Shown here piece after piece: positions 1 to 8,500 of a stretch of DNA of 11,255 bases (position 1 is the first letter of the stretch; each line of letters begins with the position of its first letter). Origin of the DNA: Elusimicrobiota bacterium (GTDB lineage Bacteria > CG03 > SLGR01 > JBDRKX01). Made by a program: the position numbers and the translations under genes. The notes beneath the pieces were generated by a model. The model saw nothing but the letters and a program-made list of their open reading frames with translations. It searched no databases and was not told the DNA's origin. The DNA lies in assembly GCA_043813605.1 (NCBI GenBank), contig JBDRKX010000089.1:1-11255 (forward strand). Reading direction: 5' to 3'.

Positions 1-1605
1 ACCGGTAACTATCTTATATTCGATGCAGTCCAGAAGCGCTTTCATAAACGCCGTATATATATCTTTGGACGCGCCGACTGTGTTATATTTTTCCCCTGTT
101 TCCATATCCGTAAGTTCCAGGAATATCCTTAACGTTCGCACTATACCTTCCTCGCTGTATTCTATTACCCTCAATTTAAGATCGGTGACTCTAAGGGTGC
201 CGGCAAAACCGGGATAATATTTCTCAACTCCGGTAAGTATTGCTTTCCATAATGCAGCCAGCGGACCTCTTTCCTCTGTTGCTGCAATCTCTTCAGTATT
301 TCCGTCAATATTCATAACTACTACTGCTTCAACCTGAGAGGAGATGTCAGTCTTAAAGATATCACCGCCTTTTGCTCCTTTATTCATATTGAAAAGATAC
401 CTTTCAATTTTAACACGCATATCATATCCTTCAAGCAGTTTTTTAAATATCATGTGCCGTGAAGTTTCGGCTCCTTCATACTGAAACCCGATATCTTCCT
501 GGGCTTTAATATGATCAAGCAGTTCTTTAATCCTCGTATCGTTTTTATCAATATCAATATCATATTTTTTTGCAAGAAACATGACATTTGCCTTACCCGA
601 CATCTCTGAAACGGAAGTTGTATATTCATTGCCCACCAGATTAGGATCAATATGATTGTATGTCATGGGGTTTTTTAATACCGCATCTACGTGAACTCCG
701 CCCTTGTGAAAAAAGGCGGCTTTGCCCACGTACGGGGCATGCTTATTCATTATAAATCCTCCGCTTTCCGCCACGATTATTGCAACTTCCTTCATTCTCT
801 TCATCTGCTCATCAGACACGCCGCAGTCTATACCGAGTTTAAGCTTGAAATTTGGAATAAGCGTACAGAAATCAGCCATACCGCATCTTTCACCTATACC
901 ATTAATCGTTCCATGGACTATTTCCACCCCGCTCTCAATTGCTTTTATTGTACCAGCAACAGCAAGGCCCGTATCCTGATGTATATGTATTGTCTTTACC
1001 AGAGGACTGTGTTTTCTCACTGCTGTGAGGATCCCTGCAATATCATCCGGAAGCGTGCCGCCGTTCGTATCCGCACAGCCTACCCATAAAGCGCCGGCTT
1101 CTTCAGCGGTTTTTGCGATTTTAATAACATACTCTGGATTGGCTTTATACCCGTCAAAGAAATGTTCTATACCCAGAGTTACAGCCGGAACATAGCGTTT
1201 CAGGTACTCCACAGAATCGAAAATAAGTTCCAGGTTCTCCTCCAGGGTTATCTTTAAAGCCTCCCTTACATGAAAATCCCATCCTTTAGCAAAGACATTG
1301 ACCTGTTCAGCGCCGGATTCTATAAGAGCCTTTAAAACAGGGTCGTCTTCAGGCTTATTGCATGCGCGCCTTGTGCTTCCAAAAGCTACGACCACAGCGT
1401 TTTGTGTAAGCTTCTCTTTTTTCATAAGCTCATAGAGTTCGGTATCCTTCGGATTTGCACCCGGCCAGCCGCCTTCAATATAGGCTATGCCGATCTCATC
1501 CAGCAGTCTGATTATCTTTATCTTATCCTTGAGCGAAAAAGATACACCTTCAGTCTGAGCACCGTCTCTCAGTGTAACATCATATAGTTTAACTTTATGG
1601 CTCAT
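1..1605 (-). CDS. cimA: Citramalate synthase (CimA/LeuA-related DRE-TIM metallolyase) family protein, divergent; 3' end runs off the window (535 codons visible)
   Basis: Not in the ORF track because it has no stop in the window. Manual translation from ATG at 1605 is open to base 1: MSHKVKLYDVTLRDGAQTEGVSFS...YIEGGWPGANPKD...AFGSTRR...WDFHV...EHFFDGYKANPEY...DTNGG...HIHQD...GTINGIGERCG...PYVGKAAFFHKGGVHVDAV...SEMSGKAN...GFQYEGAE...ALLDCIEYK. These are CimA-type (TIGR00977-like) motifs, including the C-terminal regulatory domain. SD GGAGGA at 1614-1619. Family is secure, substrate is not. Confidence 0.9.
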   Translation of the reverse strand, partial: MSHKVKLYDVTLRDGAQTEGVSFSLKDKIKIIRLLDEIGIAYIEGGWPGANPKDTELYELMKKEKLTQNAVVVAFGSTRRACNKPEDDPVLKALIESGAEQVNVFAKGWDFHVREALKITLEENLELIFDSVEYLKRYVPAVTLGIEHFFDGYKANPEYVIKIAKTAEEAGALWVGCADTNGGTLPDDIAGILTAVRKHSPLVKTIHIHQDTGLAVAGTIKAIESGVEIVHGTINGIGERCGMADFCTLIPNFKLKLGIDCGVSDEQMKRMKEVAIIVAESGGFIMNKHAPYVGKAAFFHKGGVHVDAVLKNPMTYNHIDPNLVGNEYTTSVSEMSGKANVMFLAKKYDIDIDKNDTRIKELLDHIKAQEDIGFQYEGAETSRHMIFKKLLEGYDMRVKIERYLFNMNKGAKGGDIFKTDISSQVEAVVVMNIDGNTEEIAATEERGPLAALWKAILTGVEKYYPGFAGTLRVTDLKLRVIEYSEEGIVRTLRIFLELTDMETGEKYNTVGASKDIYTAFMKALLDCIEYKIVTG

Positions 1606-1613
1606 ATACAAAT

Positions 1614-1619
1614 TCCTCC
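1614..1619 (-). promoter_or_regulatory. Shine-Dalgarno site of the cimA-like gene
   Basis: GGAGGA on the minus strand, 8 nt upstream of ATG at 1605. Confidence 0.8.
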
Positions 1620-1623
1620 GTAA

Positions 1624-2637
1624 TTATTTAGAACTTACAAAGCCACTGCTGATTTTTTCTGCAATGGCATCTGCCATATCCGTAGTCGTAGAAACTCCGC
1701 CTATATCATACGTGCGCACCTTACCTTCTTTAAGGACATCTACAATAGCTTTTTCGATAGCATCTGCTTCTTCAGCCATCCCCAGATAGTCAAGCATCAT
1801 TTTTGCAGAAAGTATTGTGGCAATCGGGTTTACCTTGTTCATGCCTACATATTTCGGCGCCGATCCGTGTACAGGTTCAAACAAAGCCAGTTTATCACCT
1901 ATCTGGCCGCTCGGGGCGAAACCCAATCCGTCAGCAACTCCGCCTGCCAGGTCACCGAGTATATCACCGTATAGGTTCGTTGTAACAATAACATCGAATG
2001 ATGATGGATTCCTGACCAGCTGATAACAGGCATTATCAATATATTTTTCATCTGTCTCAATTTCAGGATAGTCCTTAGCGACTTCCCTGCATACATCCCT
2101 GAACATACCGTCAGTCAGCCTGAGAACATTGGACTTCTGAACGATACTTACACGCTTCCTGCCCCATTCTCTGGCCTTACTGTAGGCAGCTTTTGCTATC
2201 CTTCTGGTCTTTGCCTCGGTAACCACTTTTTCGGAGACTGCTTCTTCCCCTCTCATATATTCCTTCTGTATGTAAAGCCCCTCTGTGTTTTCTCTGAATA
2301 TAACGACATCAGGTTTATTATCCTTAATATAACTTTTTACCGGCCTGATATTTGCATAAAGATCCAGATGCCTTCTCATTGTCAATACGGCGCTTCTGTA
2401 GTTTTTAACCACACCCGAAGGAGAACCCACAGCTCCGAAGAGAATAGCGCTGTAATTTTTCAGATCTTCAAGCAATTCATCGGTAATAGATTCGCCTTTG
2501 GCAATAAACCTGTCATACCCGGCTTCAAAATATGAATATTCCAGTTTATCAGTGACAGTCTTTAAGACTGTCATGGAAGCCTCAATAACATCCGAACCTA
2601 CTCCATCTCCGGGGATTACTGCAATTTTTTTTGTCAC
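1624..2637 (-). CDS. Isocitrate/isopropylmalate dehydrogenase family protein (LeuB/AksF/homoisocitrate dehydrogenase-like), 337 aa
   Basis: IAVIPGDGVG, LDLYANIRP, RENTEGLY, KSNVLRLTDG, FDVIVTTNLYGDILGDL and LFEPVHGSAP motifs. GTG start with AAAGGT upstream. The substrate loop GAVGSPSGVVKNYRSAVLTMRR resembles AksF/HICDH rather than bacterial LeuB. Confidence 0.92.
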   Translation of the reverse strand: MTKKIAVIPGDGVGSDVIEASMTVLKTVTDKLEYSYFEAGYDRFIAKGESITDELLEDLKNYSAILFGAVGSPSGVVKNYRSAVLTMRRHLDLYANIRPVKSYIKDNKPDVVIFRENTEGLYIQKEYMRGEEAVSEKVVTEAKTRRIAKAAYSKAREWGRKRVSIVQKSNVLRLTDGMFRDVCREVAKDYPEIETDEKYIDNACYQLVRNPSSFDVIVTTNLYGDILGDLAGGVADGLGFAPSGQIGDKLALFEPVHGSAPKYVGMNKVNPIATILSAKMMLDYLGMAEEADAIEKAIVDVLKEGKVRTYDIGGVSTTTDMADAIAEKISSGFVSSK

Positions 2638-2670
2638 ACTTTCAATACCTTTCTTACGGCTGTTTTCAAA

Positions 2671-3162
2671 TCACGCCGAGTGTTCGCTGTTATAATAATT
2701 TATCAGCCCGCCTGCTGCCAGTATTTTCATCATAAAATCAGGTAGTTTTTCAACTTCTAACATATTATCTTCAACTTTCAGTTTTCCTTCTATCATATCG
2801 AGCGTCACATTATCACCATCCTTTATATTATAATTCTTCATACCGCTGCATGTGACTACAGGCAATCCAATATTTATGCAATTACGGAAAAATATTCTGC
2901 CAACTGAAACGGCAATAACGGCTGATATTCCTGATTCTTTTACAGCTATTGCCGCCTGTTCCCTTGATGAGCCGCATCCGAAGTTTTCACCTGCGATAAC
3001 TATATCACCCTGTTTTATCTTTTTACTGTAATCCTTGCCCAGTACTTCAAAAACATGTTCCGCCCAGACTTTAGGATCTTCACCCCTGAGATATTTACCG
3101 CTGATAATGATATCCGTATCGATATCATCGCCTAAAACCCACACTCTGCCTTCAAATTTCAT
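2671..3162 (-). CDS. hacB: 3-isopropylmalate dehydratase/homoaconitase small subunit (archaeal-type LeuD/HacB), 163 aa
   Basis: GDDIDTDIII and AGENFGCGSSREQA motifs, RIFFRNCINIGLP, C-terminal ILAAGGL. Y24-L-R26 loop is typical of homoaconitase small subunits. ATGA overlap with the large-subunit stop (3159-3162) and GGAGG SD inside the upstream gene. Confidence 0.9.
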   Translation of the reverse strand: MKFEGRVWVLGDDIDTDIIISGKYLRGEDPKVWAEHVFEVLGKDYSKKIKQGDIVIAGENFGCGSSREQAAIAVKESGISAVIAVSVGRIFFRNCINIGLPVVTCSGMKNYNIKDGDNVTLDMIEGKLKVEDNMLEVEKLPDFMMKILAAGGLINYYNSEHSA

Positions 3163-4400
3163 ATTATATCCTCCGGTGTTGTTATTCTGCCATTCAGGGC
3201 GGATGCAGCTACCGTTAACGGTGAAGCAAGGTAAATGAATGAGTCCTTACTGCCCATCCTGCCTAGAAAATTCCTGTTAGCTGTTGATATGCATGTCTCC
3301 CCTTTTCCAAGGACTCCCATATGAAGGCCCAGACACGCACCGCATCCCGGCGGCAGTATTACGGCGCCTGATTCGACGAGACTTTTGATATATCCGTTTT
3401 CAAGGGCTTCAAGATAAACCTTTTTCGATGCCGGACAAACCAGCAGACGCACACCTTTTTTTATATGCTTACCGTGCAGCAGTTCATATGCCGACTGTAT
3501 ATCATCAAGACGCCCTCCCGTACATGTACCTATAAAAGCCACGTCAATTTTTTCATTACACTCCCGGACCGGCCGGACATTATCAACGACATGCGGGCAT
3601 GCGACAAGCGGGACAATTTCATCCAGGCTGATATTAACTACTTCATCAAAATCATCGTCACTGTCGCTGCATAACGCCTTGACTTCGGCTGACGGCATGC
3701 TTTTATATTCAGCTACAAGATCGTCCGGTTCGAATATCGCGGTTTTGCCGCCGATTTCTATTCCCATGTTACACAGTGTTGCTCTCCATGATATAGGCAG
3801 GACTTCTTCTGATTTGAATATAATAGCCTTATATATAGCTCCCCTGCATGTCATAACCTCTGCCACTTTGAGAAAGATATCTTTTGCAGTAATGTTTTTT
3901 CCGGGTTTACCTGTAAGGTTTATCCTTATTGCCGGCGGCACTTTTATCCATGTCTCTCCCGTAGCGAATACATAAGACATGTCAGTAGCGCCGACACCGA
4001 TACCGAAGCATCCTACAGCACCTATAGTATCTGTATGCGAATCAGCACCTACGACGAACTGTCCCGGTTTAATTGATTCATTTTCCAGAAGGATCTGATG
4101 GCACACGCCGTCACCCTCGTAGAATCTTTTTATACCCTGTTTTGCGATAAATTCCCTGGCTTTTATGTGAAGATCAGCTGATTTTTCATTCGCTGCCGGA
4201 TATATATGATCGAATATTACAAATATTTTGTCTTTATCCCAGACTTTTTCGGCATTCATACTGTTCTCGAAATTCATCCTGGTCAGAACGATAGTGCCGT
4301 CATGAGCCATTGCCCAGTCAACAGGTACCTGAACGTATTCTCCTATAGCCGCCGGTCTGCCAATCTTTGATTTTATTATCTTATCTAGAATAGTAGCCAT
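3159..4400 (-). CDS. hacA: 3-isopropylmalate dehydratase/homoaconitase large subunit (short archaeal-type LeuC/HacA), [4Fe-4S], 413 aa
   Basis: AHDGT, FDH, GVCHQ, GADSHT, IGTCTGGR, PGCGACLG (three Fe-S cysteines in the last two motifs), STANRNFLGRMG, LASP motifs. SD AGAGGA at about 4407-4412. Confidence 0.92.
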   Translation of the reverse strand: MATILDKIIKSKIGRPAAIGEYVQVPVDWAMAHDGTIVLTRMNFENSMNAEKVWDKDKIFVIFDHIYPAANEKSADLHIKAREFIAKQGIKRFYEGDGVCHQILLENESIKPGQFVVGADSHTDTIGAVGCFGIGVGATDMSYVFATGETWIKVPPAIRINLTGKPGKNITAKDIFLKVAEVMTCRGAIYKAIIFKSEEVLPISWRATLCNMGIEIGGKTAIFEPDDLVAEYKSMPSAEVKALCSDSDDDFDEVVNISLDEIVPLVACPHVVDNVRPVRECNEKIDVAFIGTCTGGRLDDIQSAYELLHGKHIKKGVRLLVCPASKKVYLEALENGYIKSLVESGAVILPPGCGACLGLHMGVLGKGETCISTANRNFLGRMGSKDSFIYLASPLTVAASALNGRITTPEDII

Positions 4401-4418
4401 TTTATTTCCTCTTTATGC

Positions 4419-5480
4419 CTATTTAATTTTTTCCAGTAATACTCCTCCGTATGATCCGTTTATCCCGAGCGCAAGTAAAATCACATAATTATAATCCGCG
4501 AACTTGTGCTTTTTGTAGCATTCCAGGAATGTCGCAATCGGAGCAGATGTGCCTTCACAGCCGTGTTCAACGAGTATTAAAGGAACATGTTCCTCTTTTA
4601 TATTAAAGCTTTTAGATGCTTCCCGCATTAAAATCATATTGAACTGCGGTATAGTAGGATACGCTTCTTCCTTCGGTACGTTTATTTCTTCCGTAAGCTC
4701 GTTTACAATCCTGTGCATGTTTTTAATGAATACCGTTAATGTGTCCTTCATCTGTTTTCTTCTCGGCCACCTGTACTTGTCATCGATATCAGCCATTGCC
4801 TTAAGAAGCGGATGACAGCCCTCATTTTCAAGAATCAGCGGACAGGGCACCTTTACGCCCCATATCGGTATAGGCATTATATTTTGAACTCTGCCGACGG
4901 TTTTAAAATTGCTGTTCCTGACTCTAAACGGACCCTTATGCTTTGAGCTCAGTATTATCGCGCCGCCATTATCACCCGCTATAAACCATTCGTGCGTTGT
5001 AGTAAAATCCTTGTAAAAGGCATTTACAACCTCGGAAACAGTTATCAGTATGGTATCAGCCTTCCCCTGCTCAATAAACATCTTTGCAACAATTATAGCA
5101 TTGATAAATTCAGCACATCCGCCGACAAGATTCATTGCATGACCTTCAACGATTTTCAGATTACTCTGTATTCTTTCAGCAACACCCGGAGTTATATAAT
5201 CCATTGTAGTATAGGAAGAAATTATCATATCGATATCATCGGTCTCAATCCCGGCAACTTTCATCGCGTCTTTTGCAGCTTCCGTCGCCATCTGGTCGTC
5301 CCTTATCATCTGCTGGCCGCCGTTATTGAAATCTATACACATCTGCCTTTTTTTTACTCCAAGCATCTCTTCATAATCCTTGGCTTTTCTCAGCGGGAGC
5401 TTGAATATCCTGCAGAGATCTTCGTTCGTATACTCATATGGCGGGTAGTACATACCCCATCCGACTAGATTAACATCCAT
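4419..5480 (-). CDS. 3-oxoacyl-ACP synthase III (FabH/KAS III) fold protein with a non-canonical active site, 353 aa
   Basis: N-terminal GxYxP..TNEDL...GVKKR, MATEAAKDAM..AGI...DIDMII, TMDYITPG, catalytic GGC122, AGDNGGAIIL, C-terminal LLALGINGSYGGVLL. The HQAN and GN motifs are replaced by PQFN and GC. Confidence 0.88.
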   Translation of the reverse strand: MDVNLVGWGMYYPPYEYTNEDLCRIFKLPLRKAKDYEEMLGVKKRQMCIDFNNGGQQMIRDDQMATEAAKDAMKVAGIETDDIDMIISSYTTMDYITPGVAERIQSNLKIVEGHAMNLVGGCAEFINAIIVAKMFIEQGKADTILITVSEVVNAFYKDFTTTHEWFIAGDNGGAIILSSKHKGPFRVRNSNFKTVGRVQNIMPIPIWGVKVPCPLILENEGCHPLLKAMADIDDKYRWPRRKQMKDTLTVFIKNMHRIVNELTEEINVPKEEAYPTIPQFNMILMREASKSFNIKEEHVPLILVEHGCEGTSAPIATFLECYKKHKFADYNYVILLALGINGSYGGVLLEKIK

Positions 5481-5485
5481 AATTC

Positions 5486-5492
5486 CCTCCTT
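5486..5492 (-). promoter_or_regulatory. Shine-Dalgarno site of the FabH-like gene
   Basis: AAGGAGG on the minus strand, 5 nt upstream of ATG at 5480. Confidence 0.8.
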
Positions 5493-5512
5493 TTAAATAA
5501 TGTATATATAAA

Positions 5513-8500
5513 TCAGCTTCCGCTGCTATTAATTTTGCTTATTATATCATCCAGCTTTTTCAACAGGTATTCATTACCAGTATTACTGAATATTTCAGAT
5601 GCCTTATTGACATACTCTTTCGCAAGACTATGCTGAGTTAGTTCCACGTACATTTCTGCATAAGCCCTGTTTGTCAAACCCATCTGCAATTCTATATTCT
5701 GTCTTTCTGCTATTTCAAGGCTTTTACCGAATTTCTCCTGAGCCGATTCATAATCCTTTTCTTTCATAGCCAGGTAACCCATAGCTCTGTAGGACATTAT
5801 CTGATGATTATAATTCGTATATACATCGCCGCTAGCCCTTTCCAGAAGTTCATCAAGCAATGGTTTTGCATCCTCAGTTCTGCCAAGCTGTAAATACAGC
5901 ATTGCCATTTCGTAAAGTGTTTCTCCAAATGGCATAAGATCATGCTCTCTATGCAGCTTTACATATCCCTCCAACTGAGGAAACGCTTCTTCTATTTTTC
6001 CTGCTTCTATCAATAAAAGGCAGTCAGTCAATTGCGCATAACCCAACTGGGCGCCTACTTCCTGCTTTTCAATCCTTTTTATTATAGCCACAGCTTTTCT
6101 TGCATCATCAAAATAACCTGTTCTAAAAGCATATAGGCTCCTCCATGCATATATCCATGTTTCCAAACCAAAAGGCCGGCCCATTCTTTTACTTATATCA
6201 CAGACATTTTCATAGGCATTTTCCCGTTCGGGAATTCTGCCATGTATTGTTTCAAGAACATGATCGGTTATGGCCTGCCAACCCATCCACTCAACAAAAT
6301 TATATTTTTCTGCCAGTTCGAGTGCCTTGTCACGGTGTTCCTTTGATTGTTCCCTGCCGCCGCCGCAGGTAGTATGATTATTAATCCAGAACAGCGTAGA
6401 AGTATAAAGAAACTGCTGAAGCCAGTTCAATTTAGACTCATATTTTGTAAAAATTGGAATAGCCATATCCATTTCCCGTTTTCCAAGCCCGTATTTTGCA
6501 GTACCGCAGAATATGGTCTGACGGGCAGCAAGTAAACACGCATGAGGAATAGAATTCCTCTCGGGTAGAATATTCTTTTCTACATTTTCCATATTTGCAA
6601 GTGCTTTCGCATAATGCCCTAAAAAGAAAAAACTGGCCGTATACATAAAGTTAAATTCAATCAGTTTTGTCAATATATGCATATAGTCCTTTTTCTTTGG
6701 AAGCACATTAGGCGGATACTCTTTCATCAGTAACCCTTTAACCGCATCAGGCAAACCTCCCGGAAGCGCATTAACTATTTTCAGCATGAATTTCATAATA
6801 TTTATCTGCTTTTTGACGGTTTTTTCGCCGCCGCCAAGCTCAAAAAGAGTTTCAAAATTCTTCTCACATGCTTTTGCACATATATCAGGTTTCACAGCAT
6901 AGCTGTTGATAAAAACAAGTTTTTCTCTTGTAACAAACAATACTTCCTGCTTATCGGGATAATCAATCGTTTCAAGTATATCAGTTGCATCATTATATAG
7001 ATCGATCGCCTCTACATATGAAGCTTTCTGTACAAGTCCATCTGCTGCCATTATAAGATATTTTACAGCCTCTTCTTTACTTTCTCCTCTACTGAAATGA
7101 TATGCAAGAATATTTATTACAGAATAGACGTTAGCTTTGTTGCCCCTTTCAATAATACGGCCAACCTTTTCATGAATTTCTCTCTTCCTAGCTTCATTTA
7201 TTTCTGAATACAGTGTTTCCCGTACACGATCATGAGTAAAAGTATAGCGTCTATCTTCCCTTTTAATAAATTGTCGTTCTACAAGTTCATCAAGTGCAGA
7301 GAAAAGAACATCCCTACTAAAAGTACTGATAGATTCCAATAACGCTACATTAAGTTCCCTACCCATAACTGAACCTATCTGCGCTATATCGTAAGCCTCT
7401 TTTGAAAGCAAATCCAATCTCCGCGATACGGTAGATTCTATTGATGTCGGAAGTTCAAGCGTTGAAGCGCTGCCTATTAATATCCATTTCCCATATTCAA
7501 GTTTTATCTGCTGACTATCTATCAACGATCTGATTGTTTCTGTAACGAAATACGGATTACCACCTGTTATTTTGTCAAGTTCATCCAGAAATTCTTCAGG
7601 TAAGTCAACTTTTCCAAGCATTGCACCAACCAATACTGCTATATTCTCCTTATTTAAAGTAGTAAGCGTCAGTGGTATTGTAATATTTTCTTCCAAAGTC
7701 TGATAAAGAGAGCTGGTCTCATCAACTTCATCATCACGGTATGTTCCAATAATGAGTATAGGAGATTCCCTTAACTCCCTGATACAGGCGTTCAAGAGAC
7801 CTAGTGTAGCAGTATCAGACCAATGAAGATCCTCAAAGCATATGGCTAACGGATTTTCACTAGATACTTCCTTAAGCCATTTTGTAACATTTTCATATAT
7901 CAATGACTTTTCGCCAAGCTCTTCGAGAACAGGCTCTGCTTTAAAACCTTTTTTTTCAAGTTCGGGAAATACTTTCACCAAAACTGGGCCGTATTTATCC
8001 AATATATTTTTAGGTGTCATGGGGAATACGGGCTTTAACGCCTCTCTGAAAGGCTGATATGCATTCATACCCTGTTCTATACAGAATCCTTCCAGGAAAG
8101 GGACTTCGGCTAACTGTGTCTCCAGCTTAAACTCCTGCAAAAGCCTTGTTTTTCCCACACCTGCCGGTGCTCCTACAAAAACACTCTTACCTTTACAGGA
8201 TTTGATATCCTCAAATACTTCCCTTAATTTTGTTGTCTCTTCAGCTCTACCGATCAATTCAGAACAGAATAAATAACTGCCTCTCTGCTCTTTCGTTTCC
8301 ACCACTATTTCCTCATTGCTTAATTTGGAAAGATCCTCAATAAGTTTTGAGGCATTTTCATACCTGTTACTTTGCTCCTTTTCTAACAGCTTAAGAATTA
8401 TCTTCTCAAGCTCTTCCGGAATATCGGCCCTTAATTCATGCGGCGGTTTAGGAGCGTCTTTTATGTGCATCCTTACAACATCCATGATAGATTTACCTGA

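Noticed and set aside
547..564. Short tandem repeat ATCAAT-ATCAAT-ATCATA
   Set aside because: It is simply the coding sequence for Y-D-I-D-I-D in the synthase and is too short to be meaningful.
1..4400. Plain housekeeping leuCDB-cimA (leucine/isoleucine) operon
   Set aside because: Not excluded but disfavoured: HacA/HacB-type motifs, no LeuB substrate motif, an NADP-type cofactor loop, altered synthase active and allosteric sites, and no ilv/leuA genes or attenuator leader immediately upstream.
1624..4400. Alpha-aminoadipate lysine pathway or coenzyme B biosynthesis cluster
   Set aside because: No homocitrate-synthase-type gene, lysW/lysX/lysY/lysZ or methanogenesis genes in the window. It cannot be ruled out without the flanks and the rest of the genome.
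4419..5480. Canonical fabH, BioZ or HMG-CoA synthase assignment
   Set aside because: The His and Asn needed for those condensation chemistries are absent at the expected positions, and there are no plsX/fabD/fabG/acpP or bio genes nearby.
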